NCBI GenBank assembly: GCA_965219685.1
Contig: CBDCOH010000002.1
Span: forward strand, 1,792,001-1,856,000
Direction of reading: 5' to 3'
Length of the DNA stretch: 64,000 nt
Source: Candidatus Spongiisociaceae bacterium
GTDB taxonomy: Bacteria; Actinomycetota; Acidimicrobiia; Spongiisociales; Spongiisociaceae
The position numbers were made by a program, and so were the translations under genes. The notes under the pieces were generated by a model. That model made no database searches and was not told the origin of the DNA. It worked only from the letters and a program-made list of their open reading frames with translations. This document shows, piece by piece, positions 36,392 through 45,059 of the stretch (position 1 is its first letter; each line of letters begins with the position of its first letter).

Positions 36392-36868
36392 CTACGCCCC
36401 CGCTTGGCCGGGCTCGAGAATGACGACGGTGGTTCCGTTCGTACGGCGGACTGCGAACTCGTCAAGCTTTCGGTTCACCTCGGTCCATCGTTGCCAGAGG
36501 CGGTGTCGTTCCTCTTCGGTCGCCGGACGCGCGATCACATCACGATCGCCATCGACCAGCTCGACGTGCGCCTCCGGGTTGGACTGGAGGTTCAGCCACC
36601 ACGCAGGCTCAGCAGGGTCCCAGCCGTTCATGGCCATGGTCACCAGGTTGGGGCCGTCCTCGACGTAGGCCAGCATCACAGCGCGCTTCTGTCCAGAACG
36701 GCGTCCGATGGCCGTCAGATGCATTAAGCCGTATTGATCAGGCCTCGGCTGACGGAGTCCCCGCCTCCCACTCGTGAGCCGGTACAGCTGAGCATGAATC
36801 CACCAAGCGAGACGAACAAACCAACGCGGTGGCATCCAATGCGCCTTCTCGCTCCTCGGTTCCGTCAT
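36392..36868 (-). CDS. F420-dependent (deazaflavin) nitroreductase, Ddn family
   Basis: LTAIGRRSGQKR...L.Y and MNGW....PAWWLNLQSNP; GGAGG RBS. Confidence 0.88.
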   Translation of the reverse strand: MTEPRSEKAHWMPPRWFVRLAWWIHAQLYRLTSGRRGLRQPRPDQYGLMHLTAIGRRSGQKRAVMLAYVEDGPNLVTMAMNGWDPAEPAWWLNLQSNPEAHVELVDGDRDVIARPATEEERHRLWQRWTEVNRKLDEFAVRRTNGTTVVILEPGQAGA

Positions 36869-37046
36869 GTGCCATACCTCCGTCGAGACTCTGAGCCGGT
36901 CGGCCAGGCCATCCGGGCGTCACCCATGTTGGACGGCCAGGCGCGGCGATGCACCCTCCCATCTGTCGGGATCAGCTCAGCCAAGAAAGAAGGATCCGAC
37001 CTCACGGCCTCCGGATAGCGCACACATCCTGCCCCAGTACCGGCAG

Positions 37047-37491
37047 GGTACTGGCCTGGGCCGACCGAGCGATAGTCACGAGTGCTCGCGAGCGTCCGGT
37101 CGACCTGGTCCAGCACCAGATAGTCTTCGCGGTCACGGCACGCCAACAAAGCGTCCGGCGGGTGATGTTCAAAGGCGGGACCCTGCTTCGGGTCTGCCAC
37201 CGGCGCGACTGGCGGTTCTCAGAAGACCTGGACTTCGACTGGATCCACGCCGACGACACCAAACCAGCCATGCAGGACTTCTTTGACCGAGTCGTCAATA
37301 CGGCGTCGAGAACCTACCGGACCGCGTTCGACACGAAGTGGGGCGCCAACAAACTCAACATCTACTGGGAGCTGCCCAACGCCACAAGGGATCTGACGAG
37401 GATCGGTGCCAGATCCTGAACGCGGCGCGTGGCCGGCGCTGGAATGACTCACCAGCGCGGGCGTGACTATCGCTCGGTCGATCCGGGCCAG
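37047..37491. repeat. Inverted pair of REP-like sequences flanking the AbiEii fragment
   Basis: Perfect 19-bp inverted repeat CGACCGAGCGATAGTCACG (37062-37080 / 37462-37480), extending imperfectly to ~30 bp. Confidence 0.75.
37081..37419 (+). pseudogene. Truncated AbiEii/AbiGii-type nucleotidyltransferase toxin fragment
   Basis: VMFKGGTLLRVCH...RFSEDLDF signature; only ~110 codons, no credible start, no AbiEi antitoxin. Confidence 0.75.
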
Positions 37492-37657
37492 AACGCCGAA
37501 ACCCGAGCGCGGCGAACGGGATTTCGGAGCGATGATACCGAGCGCGTTGGTGCCCGGGAGAACCACGTGTCCGCAGTCGATCTGATGTGCCGATCAAGAG
37601 CGCTCGGCCGGTGTCTCCCTCGTAGAGGCACCAGGAGAGGCAAGTCCCGGCTAGCAT

Positions 37658-37680
37658 GCAAGTGGGGACTTGCCTATGGT
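37658..37680 (+). promoter_or_regulatory. Palindromic operator and -10 box of the ArsR-VOC operon
   Basis: GCAAGT-N4-ACTTGC (37658-37673) abutting TATGGT (37675-37680), 8 nt before the GTG start. Confidence 0.6.
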
Positions 37681-37688
37681 GTGCAGTC

Positions 37689-37970
37689 GTGGCCAATGTC
37701 TTCGATGCACTCAACGCACCGGCCCGCCGGGCGATCTTGGACGTCCTGGTCGCTCGGGACGACCAAACGCTGTTCGAGATTTGCGGCCGTCTCGCGGCCG
37801 AACATGACATCGGACTCAGCCGACAAGCGATCTCGCAGCACCTCGCCGTTCTCGAAGACGCGCAACTCGTTCGCAGTCGGCGAGACGGTCGCTACAAGTT
37901 CCACACCATCGACACAGCTCCGCTGCGAGCGGCGTTGGCTCGATGGCTCAACGAGGAGACCAACCCATGA
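37689..37970 (+). CDS. ArsR/SmtB-family transcriptional regulator
   Basis: VFDALNAPARRAILD.L, SRQAISQHLAVLEDA and RDGRYKFH. Confidence 0.9.
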   Translation: MANVFDALNAPARRAILDVLVARDDQTLFEICGRLAAEHDIGLSRQAISQHLAVLEDAQLVRSRRDGRYKFHTIDTAPLRAALARWLNEETNP

Positions 37971-38353
37971 CCATCCGCCTTCACCTGACCAGCGTCTTCG
38001 TTGACGATCAGGACGAAGCACTCCGCTTCTACACCGAGGTGCTCGGCTTCGAACCGCGCACCGACGAGCCGGTCGGGGATGGCGAGCGATGGCTCACCGT
38101 CGGCGCCAAGGGACAAGACGTTGAACTGCTCCTGGAACCATCCGGTCATCCCGCCGCCGCGCCGTACCGCGACGCCCTGGTCGCCGACGGGATCCCGCTG
38201 GCGTCCTTTGCCGTCGACGACGTCCAATCCGAGTTCGAGCGCCTCCGCGCCGCTGGGGTGACCTTCACCCAGCGCCCGACGACGATGGGACCGGTCACGA
38301 CCGCAGTTCTCGACGACGGCTGCGGCAACCTCATCCAACTCGTCGCTCAATGA
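37967..38353 (+). CDS. VOC/glyoxalase-family protein
   Basis: SVFVDDQDEALRFYTEVLGF and DDGCGNLIQL; GAGGAG RBS and ATGA overlap. Confidence 0.9.
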   Translation: MTIRLHLTSVFVDDQDEALRFYTEVLGFEPRTDEPVGDGERWLTVGAKGQDVELLLEPSGHPAAAPYRDALVADGIPLASFAVDDVQSEFERLRAAGVTFTQRPTTMGPVTTAVLDDGCGNLIQLVAQ

Positions 38354-38382
38354 CATCGCTCCTTACGAAAGGAAGAATCACC

Positions 38383-38781
38383 ATGGCCAAGTCAATCGAC
38401 TTCCACATCCTGTTCCAGAACGGACAGGCGAGACAGGCTTCGGAGCGCTACGGCGAAATCTTCGACGACTACACGCTCGATCGCCTCGACCTCTACCAAG
38501 GCGACGGCGACGGGCCAGCCGGCCAGGTGAAGGTTGCCGACTTCCGAGTGCTCGGCAGGCGATTCGTCTGCATCGACTCCCCGATCCAGCACGAGTGGGA
38601 CATGACACCTGGCATCGCGCCGTTCATTGAATGTGACGACGACCCCGAACTCGAGCGACTCTTCGATGCGCTCGCCGACGGCGGGACGGTCCACATGCCC
38701 CTCGGCAACTACGGCTTCGGACGGCGCTTCGGCTGGGTCGAGGACCGATTCGGCGTGTCCTGGCTCCTGAACATCACCTGA
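38383..38781 (+). CDS. VOC-family protein, PhnB/3-demethylubiquinone methyltransferase-like
   Basis: LADGG.VHMPLGNYGF..RFGWVEDRFGVSW; AAAGGAAG RBS. Confidence 0.85.
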   Translation: MAKSIDFHILFQNGQARQASERYGEIFDDYTLDRLDLYQGDGDGPAGQVKVADFRVLGRRFVCIDSPIQHEWDMTPGIAPFIECDDDPELERLFDALADGGTVHMPLGNYGFGRRFGWVEDRFGVSWLLNIT

Positions 38782-38910
38782 CCGAAGTCCCCTCGTCTGC
38801 TCGCCGTCGCAGCGGCCAGCACCAGGCTTAGACATCTGAGCTCCCAAACGGCCCCGAGCAGGGCCGCCGCTACTGGCCGCTGCTCCGACAGAGCAGGGCA
38901 TTGCGTATGC

Positions 38911-39177
38911 CTAGGCGATGTAGTTGGCCCACTGCTGCATGATCGGGCGGCAGCGCTCCAGCATGTCACTGCTGGCGTAGGCACCCTCGACGCCGCACAC
39001 GGCATCACCCAGCACCATCCCCACGAGATCCCTCGGTACGCCGGCGTCTGAGCACCAAGAACGGAACGTGGCCCTCAGCCCATGGGCCGAGCTGGGAATG
39101 TCCAGGTCGCGCAGCAGCTTCACATAGGTGTTCTCCGACACCGCTCGCCCCGTGACCGGCGAGGGGAACACCAAGTC
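38911..39177 (-). pseudogene. C-terminal remnant of a P4-like tyrosine integrase
   Basis: VFPSP..G...SENT..KLLR.L.I..SAHGLRATFRSW...EGAYA.SD.LE..R..MQQWANY. The HxxR and Tyr motifs are present; everything upstream is missing. Confidence 0.8.
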
Positions 39178-39326
39178 GCACCGGACCGCCGCGTGCTTCT
39201 CCCCCTAGCTACGAGGTGGCAGACTTTGTCGAAGCCGTGACTACCGGACGCGCCGATGAGGAAGAGCGGCTACGGCACGAATTGGAGAACCGGTAAGCGG
39301 CGACGGTGTGTGCGCCGTACACTCTC

Positions 39327-40288
39327 GACGAGTAGTTCCTAGTTGGTAGTTGCTAGTTGGCGATCCGTGGTTAGCGTTGGATTGGTTCGTTTTCCGGCCT
39401 CCGAATGGCTGTCCGAGTTCCATGTCACGCCGAGTGGTACCTAACCAAGCGGCAGAGAGGGAGCCTCGGCAAGCGAGATCCATGTACACGAGTTGTGCTG
39501 TTACTGTTAGTCGTTGTATACCGATAGTTCAGTATGGCTGGTTCTGGTGGGATGGCTTGGAACTACTCGTCTAGTGTCAGGAGCCACTCGTGTGCTGCTT
39601 TGGGTGAGCACAGGCGGATCACGTCCAGATGAACGTGGTCGAGATGAGCCAGCGCCGCTGGTATCGTCCGGCGCCGCCGCCAATGGCTCTTCAGTGCCCA
39701 TAGAAAGAGGGACTGACGACTCAGGAAGTGCCACCGGAGCCTCTCCGTATTGCCGTGCCACAGTTCCTCGCGAAGGACTCCACGCCGCATCGTCCTCCAG
39801 AACAGCCTCCACAAGACCACTCGTATCGGATAGTCCAACCAGACCAACGTAGTGGCCCTGGACCAGACAATGTCGCGGGCGATGCTGTAGTTACCGTCTC
39901 CGACCCATCTATCGCCCTGCAGTTCCAGCCTCAGCTGTTCTCTGAACACATCGTCCGGCGTCTCTGTCCAATTCGGCCCATGCCGAAGGGCATCGAACTC
40001 TATGTGCGGCATGTCGAGCACTCGGGCAATCCTCGTAGCCAATGTCGTCTTCCCAGCGCCGGTGGTACCGATCAGAACGACACGGTCACTGCCACGAAGA
40101 TGGACTTCGGTTTCAGGATTCTGAATCTGAGAATCGGTCATATCGTTTCGGGAAGCTCGATAGCGGCCACAGTGGCCGGGGGCAACCGTCGCCCGGTACT
40201 CCTCTTGATCGGAAGCAGCCTCATCTAACACTCACCACAGCTCACCAACAATAAACTACCAACTACAGACTAGGAACTAATCGTCTAG
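39327..40288. repeat. Heptamer-rich inverted/direct repeats bracketing the AAA-kinase gene
   Basis: GACGAGTAGTTCCTAG (39327-39342) is the reverse complement of 40270-40285 (15/16) and of 39559-39571 (13/13). TAGTTGG-type heptamers adjoin both outer copies. Confidence 0.7.
39563..40141 (-). CDS. Adenylate-kinase-like P-loop protein (topology modulation protein FlaR-like)
   Basis: GTTGAGKTTLA, HIEFD.L.HGPNW, WVGDGNY and WLDYP. Confidence 0.85.
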   Translation of the reverse strand: MTDSQIQNPETEVHLRGSDRVVLIGTTGAGKTTLATRIARVLDMPHIEFDALRHGPNWTETPDDVFREQLRLELQGDRWVGDGNYSIARDIVWSRATTLVWLDYPIRVVLWRLFWRTMRRGVLREELWHGNTERLRWHFLSRQSLFLWALKSHWRRRRTIPAALAHLDHVHLDVIRLCSPKAAHEWLLTLDE

Positions 40289-41271
40289 ATCACCTCGGTG
40301 TCCTCGTGCCGGACGATCAGCGTCCGGTGAGGGAAGGGCATCTCGATACCGGCGGCATCCAAAGCCTCCTTGATCCGCAGGCGTAACTCACGTTCGGTCC
40401 GCCACTGGACGGAAGGCCTGGTCTTGGCCCGGACCCTTATGAAGATCCCGGATTCACCTAGGGCCTGAACACCTTTGACCTGGGGCGGTTCGGACAGTTC
40501 GTCGTCGCCCCACTCCGGGTCCTCCCACATCTCCTGCCCGGCCTGGCGGATCACTTGCATGGCCTGGCGGAGATCGCAGTCGTACGAGACTTCTATGTCG
40601 ACCTGGGCCCTGGCCCAGAGCTGCGAGAAGTTCGCCAGGTGGGCGATCTTGCCGTTGGGAATCGTCCAGACGACTCCCTGACGAGTCCGGATCGAGGTGG
40701 ACCGGAGCGATACCCTCTCCACAGTCCCCCGACCCTTGCCGAAATCGATGTCGTCCCCGACGCTGTAGGTGTCTTCCATCATCATGAACAGGCCGCTCAG
40801 GAAGTCCCTCACGATCTCCTGCGACCCGAATCCTATGGCGACCCCGACGATTCCGGCGCCCGCGATGAGCGGGCCCAGGTTGATACCGAGTTGGCCCAAA
40901 GCCAGCAGCCCGGTGAACGACCATATGGCGATCATGGCCACACTGCGGAGAACGGTGGCCAGGGTGTCGGCCCGGGCCTTGGCTCGCAACTCCTCCGCCT
41001 CTTGCGAGACCAGGGGATCGCGTCCTACGTCCCTGAGTGACGGCCTGTCGATCCTGTCCCGGAAGTGCTCGATCGCCCTCCTTACAAGGCGGGACACGAG
41101 CCATCCGACCGCCAGTATTAACAGGACCGTCAGCCCGCGTTCGACGAACCATGCAGACAGCCCTGCCAGCAGGCCGCTACCCGACCACTCGTAGACCCTT
41201 TGGCATACGATGCTCGGTTGGTCGCCGCAGACCGCTGGCGCTCCGGTGCCGGTTTGGGCTAGAACGATCAT
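40285..41271 (-). CDS. mscS: Small-conductance mechanosensitive channel (MscS/YbiO-like)
   Basis: AGAGIVGVAIGFGSQ..VRDFLSG, VGD.I, GTVE and IPNG.I. Confidence 0.9.
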   Translation of the reverse strand: MIVLAQTGTGAPAVCGDQPSIVCQRVYEWSGSGLLAGLSAWFVERGLTVLLILAVGWLVSRLVRRAIEHFRDRIDRPSLRDVGRDPLVSQEAEELRAKARADTLATVLRSVAMIAIWSFTGLLALGQLGINLGPLIAGAGIVGVAIGFGSQEIVRDFLSGLFMMMEDTYSVGDDIDFGKGRGTVERVSLRSTSIRTRQGVVWTIPNGKIAHLANFSQLWARAQVDIEVSYDCDLRQAMQVIRQAGQEMWEDPEWGDDELSEPPQVKGVQALGESGIFIRVRAKTRPSVQWRTERELRLRIKEALDAAGIEMPFPHRTLIVRHEDTEVI

Positions 41272-41333
41272 TGGACACCTACGCTTGTCTTCGGGGAACG
41301 AGCCAACGGATTGGCGTCGGCGCAGAGCCTAGT

Positions 41334-41601
41334 CCGGTGGCCGGTGGCCGGTTGCCGTGTCACGACAACCACACCTAGCTCATCGTGACAAGGACCTAGC
41401 TCGGTAATCGAGTACCGTCAAGAGTTAGCACCATTCACCATTCACCATTCACCATTCACCATTCACCATTCACCATTCACCATTCACCATTCACCATTCA
41501 CCATTCACCATTCACCATTCACCATTCACCATTCACCATTCACCATTCACCATTCACCATTCACCATTCACCATTCACCATTCACCATTCACCATTCACC
41601 A
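41334..41601. repeat. Composite heptamer element, copy A, including the perfect microsatellite (CACCATT)x24
   Basis: CCGGTKG x3 (41334-41354), ~70-bp core, then 24 exact CACCATT units plus CACCA (41429-41601). Confidence 0.92.
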
Positions 41602-41626
41602 GCCCCACGGACAACCGACAACGGGC

Positions 41627-42520
41627 TCAGGATGTGGCTTGTTCTACCCTTAGCTTGAAGGTGCGTGCGGAGTGCTGATCCAACGCCCAGTCCACCTGGA
41701 TGACCTCGGGCAGCGAGGCCACCTGCTCGTCCGAAAGTCCCAAGGCGTGGGTCGTCACCAGAACATCACCGGATCCCAGGTCCGGGATGCCATCCGCTCC
41801 TCCCAGGTGAGCCTCGATAGAACCCGAGAAATACTGGCGGACGAGCGACGAGATCCGCTCAATACCCCGCCTGGTGGGTAGGACCACCACCACCCGGCAC
41901 CGCGGGTCGATCGTGGCGATGCGGCGGAGCACACCGGCGGCCGGAACGAAGTTGAGTTCCACGACCCGGTCGAGGCCCGGAGACTTGGCGGCCACATCGG
42001 CGAGATGGAAGAGAGGGACCGCGACCACGTCGAACGTCTCGGTCCAGTCGTCGGCCAGTTCGTCGAGGAGGAGCGGCTCGACCGCCACCCCGGTGGCGTT
42101 CTCGACAATCCGGAACATGCGGCCTAGATCGAACGGGTTGCACTCGGCGAAGGCGACCCTGGTGGTAGTCGTCACCGAGGCGAGAGCCTTCTCGAACATC
42201 CGCTCTATCAGAATCCGGTCGTACCCCGCGGCGGAAGCCCTCGAAACAACGCTGGTCAGGTCCTCCACGATCTTCGACTCGGAGTCGATCCGAGCCGGTT
42301 GGGTGGCGGTCACGAAGGTCCCCCGGCGTTCCTCGGTCCGCACCAGCCCGTCGGCGGACAACCGTCTCAGAGCCCTGCTCACCGTGGAGGGATTCGAACC
42401 GAAGGCAGCCGCCAGGTCCCGGCAGGAAGGTAGGCGCGCGCCCAGCGGGAAGGCGCCGGCGCCGAGCCGCTCGAGGATCAGGAGATAGATGTCGTCGACC
42501 GATCGGGAAGCGCGGTTCAT
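41627..42520 (-). CDS. GntR-family regulator with an atypical C-terminal domain
   Basis: GARLPSCRDLA..FGSNPSTVSRALRRL..DGLV....RRGTFV winged HTH; C-terminal FAECN...VVAVPLFH domain; ATGA overlap with the methyltransferase. Confidence 0.88.
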   Translation of the reverse strand: MNRASRSVDDIYLLILERLGAGAFPLGARLPSCRDLAAAFGSNPSTVSRALRRLSADGLVRTEERRGTFVTATQPARIDSESKIVEDLTSVVSRASAAGYDRILIERMFEKALASVTTTTRVAFAECNPFDLGRMFRIVENATGVAVEPLLLDELADDWTETFDVVAVPLFHLADVAAKSPGLDRVVELNFVPAAGVLRRIATIDPRCRVVVVLPTRRGIERISSLVRQYFSGSIEAHLGGADGIPDLGSGDVLVTTHALGLSDEQVASLPEVIQVDWALDQHSARTFKLRVEQATS

Positions 42521-43488
42521 GGTCTGGTTCCAATGTAGAGGGTCAGGGGATCCTCGCACGGCAACCGCTCGATACCGCAGAATCCCGCTTCGCTCAGCAT
42601 GGCCTCGAGGGTTGCCCGCGAGTGAGCCGCTCCCCCGGTCTCGACGCGCATCATCAGGTCGAACAGCGACCCGAACGCCCCCGGGCCGCTGTCGGCCGAG
42701 AAGTCGTTGACCACCACCCGGCCCCCGGATACGAGCGCGTTCCGTACCCGCTGCAGCAGGTCCACACCCGTCTCCGGTGGTAGGTCGTGCAGGAGGTGCG
42801 ACACCAGAGCGGCATCCACCGACACGGGGGCAACACCGCAGGAAGGATGATCGAAGAGGTCGACCCCGACAACCGAGACACCTGTGCTCGCCAACCGGTC
42901 CGCCGCCCATGCCGCCACCGGGGGGAGATCAACCAGGGTGACATCCGACCCGGCCGCATCGAGCAGGCGCGAATACGTACCGAGCCCGCCGCCCACGTCG
43001 AGCACCCGTTTGCCCGGGGCCAGCTCAGCCAGTTCGTGGAGGGGCGGGCCGCCGATCCTGGCAAGCACATCGAGCGCCTCGAGGAAAGCCAGAGCCCTCC
43101 CGGGACGGGTTCTCAACTGCGATCTCCACGGTTCCATCGCGGCCTGTCCCTCCAGGACGACCTTGTCGAGGCGGGTCCACGCCTCCGCGAAGACCGCTTC
43201 CTTGGCCACGACCAGTGCCATCTCGCCGTCCGGTCCCAGGCGAGCGGCCACGTAGCCGGTGGCGGAGTAGCCATCGGGGGTGGCCTCCGCGAGCCCCAAC
43301 GACACCAGTGCATCCAGCAGCGCGGCGAGGTTCGACGGATCCGCCGACAGTTCCCGAGCCAGGTCTGCCGCTGATCGGGGAGCTCCGGGCAGGACCTCGA
43401 ACAGCCCGACTCGTTGGGCGGCGGCGATCACGGCCGCCGGCTGGTAGCCCGTTATCAAGTCGATCAGGTCCCAGTCGTTGTCGATCAT
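42517..43488 (-). CDS. SAM-dependent O/N-methyltransferase with dimerisation domain (Methyltransf_2)
   Basis: N-terminal AA..VGLFE.L...LA..L helix-turn-helix; VLDVGGGLG, VDLP and SHLLHD. Confidence 0.88.
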   Translation of the reverse strand: MIDNDWDLIDLITGYQPAAVIAAAQRVGLFEVLPGAPRSAADLARELSADPSNLAALLDALVSLGLAEATPDGYSATGYVAARLGPDGEMALVVAKEAVFAEAWTRLDKVVLEGQAAMEPWRSQLRTRPGRALAFLEALDVLARIGGPPLHELAELAPGKRVLDVGGGLGTYSRLLDAAGSDVTLVDLPPVAAWAADRLASTGVSVVGVDLFDHPSCGVAPVSVDAALVSHLLHDLPPETGVDLLQRVRNALVSGGRVVVNDFSADSGPGAFGSLFDLMMRVETGGAAHSRATLEAMLSEAGFCGIERLPCEDPLTLYIGTRP

Positions 43489-45059
43489 CGGCGTCTCAAC
43501 GTTCGATAGAGGCGCCAGCCACGCCGGGCCGCCGACAGGCCGGACAACCTGGCGCGCCTCGAACTCCTGCGACCGAGATCCCCGAGCACGGCCATCGCGG
43601 CGTTCTTGCCGGGCATGCCGGACAGACCACCGCCGGGGAAGGTACCGGCGCCTGACAGGTAGAGCCATGGCGCCTCGGTGCGGTATCCGAGAGCGGTGGG
43701 AGGGCGGCGCGAGAACATCTGGTCGAGGGTCATGTCGATGTGGTTGGGATTTCCGGAGACCGCCCCGGTGCGCCTCTCCCATGCCTGCGGTCCGGTCACC
43801 CGCATGTCGACCATCCGATCCCTGATGTCGTCCCCGGTGATAGAGGCGAAACTGTCCAGAACCCGCTCCGCGGTGGCCATGAGGCCGGCTTCCGTCCATT
43901 CCCCGCCGTGGAGGCGGGCAGGCACGAACGTCGACATCCACGCGGTCCCACCACCCGGGGGCGCCCCCGAGGGATCGAGCGCGGACGGTGACGCCCACAG
44001 GATGGACGGCTCGGAGGGTAAGAGACCGGCCGCGATCTCACCGAAGGAGCGGGTCATGGCGCCCGGCCGGGGCTGGAGCAGCCAGATCGCCTCCGCAGGC
44101 CCGAAGCCGCCAGGTGTCGCCCGTGCGGACAGTGCCAGGTCGACCTTGAACTCGGCCACGTTCAGCGAGCCGCTGGTCGCCTCCCTCGCACCGGCTTCTA
44201 GAGCAGGCAGGCCGGAGACCACGAGACGGCTCGTGCGTGCGATGTCGAGAGTGGAGACCACAACATCGAACCGGTGGTCACCGGTCGCGGAGGTCCGCAA
44301 CGCCACACCACCCTGAGCCCCGTCGATCGATACCACGGCATCGCCGGTGCGGAGGCTTCCTCCGGCAGCTTCGAGCGACTTGGCCAAGGCTTGGATCAGT
44401 TTCTCCGAGCCCCCGACGGGGCGCCCCGGACCGTGTCCGTGCGACCCGGCCAGCAGGAGGCCGAACAGTCCGGTCCCGGGGAGCCAGGGGGGCAGTTGGG
44501 CGAACGAGCCGTACATGGTGAGGGCCGCGGCCAGGTGCTGATCGCTGATGTGGTCGCCCACGATCTTCTCGGACGAACCAAGGATGAGGCCCATGGGGTC
44601 GATGCCTCCGATGGGGCCCAGTCGGGCTATGTCGACAAGTGAGGGACCCGCCGACAACCCGTCGAGGATCGCCAGCAGGTCCGATCCGACCGTTGCGAGC
44701 GTTCTGTACCCGGCGATGTCATCCTGCCCCAGACCGGCGAAGCCCTCCAGCGTCGTATCGAGGTCCCGGTGGAACAGCAAGCTTGTCCCGTCCCCGTATC
44801 CGGCACCGGCTGTCACATCCCGGAAGGCGTACTCCAGCCCGAACCGACCGAGGTCCAGTTCCTCCGCCACCGACAGTATCGCGCCGTGGTCGATCGCCCC
44901 ACGTTCGATCCGATGGCCCGAAGGCAGTTGTTCGGTCCAGATGCACCCGCCCGCGGTCGGGTTCGCTTCGAAGACCGTGACGTCGAGGCCGGCGTTGGCC
45001 AGGTAACAGGCACAGACCAGCCCGTTGTGCCCTCCGCCGATGACGGAGACCCTGGTCAT
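43485..45059 (-). CDS. Phytoene desaturase-family FAD-dependent oxidoreductase
   Basis: GGGHNGLVCACYLA, PVGGS..L, GNPNH.D..LDQ and LYLSGAGTFPGGG.SG.PG. Confidence 0.88.
   Translation of the reverse strand: MTRVSVIGGGHNGLVCACYLANAGLDVTVFEANPTAGGCIWTEQLPSGHRIERGAIDHGAILSVAEELDLGRFGLEYAFRDVTAGAGYGDGTSLLFHRDLDTTLEGFAGLGQDDIAGYRTLATVGSDLLAILDGLSAGPSLVDIARLGPIGGIDPMGLILGSSEKIVGDHISDQHLAAALTMYGSFAQLPPWLPGTGLFGLLLAGSHGHGPGRPVGGSEKLIQALAKSLEAAGGSLRTGDAVVSIDGAQGGVALRTSATGDHRFDVVVSTLDIARTSRLVVSGLPALEAGAREATSGSLNVAEFKVDLALSARATPGGFGPAEAIWLLQPRPGAMTRSFGEIAAGLLPSEPSILWASPSALDPSGAPPGGGTAWMSTFVPARLHGGEWTEAGLMATAERVLDSFASITGDDIRDRMVDMRVTGPQAWERRTGAVSGNPNHIDMTLDQMFSRRPPTALGYRTEAPWLYLSGAGTFPGGGLSGMPGKNAAMAVLGDLGRRSSRRARLSGLSAARRGWRLYRTLRRR

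Noticed and set aside
38911-39177. Active prophage or integrative element
   Set aside because: Only ~90 C-terminal codons of the integrase remain, with no tRNA/att site and no phage genes.
39213-39296. Short + strand coding-like stretch EVADFVEAVTTGRADEEERLRHELENR*
   Set aside because: Possibly the 3' remnant of another gene, but too short and without a usable RBS to support a call.
41429-41601. Long repeat array considered as a CRISPR array
   Set aside because: It is a pure 7-bp microsatellite with no spacers, and there are no cas genes in the window.
43485-45059. Carotenoid biosynthesis (crtI/crtO) assignment for the phytoene-desaturase-family gene
   Set aside because: No crtB, crtE or cyclase genes are nearby, and the context is amidohydrolase-rich small-molecule metabolism.
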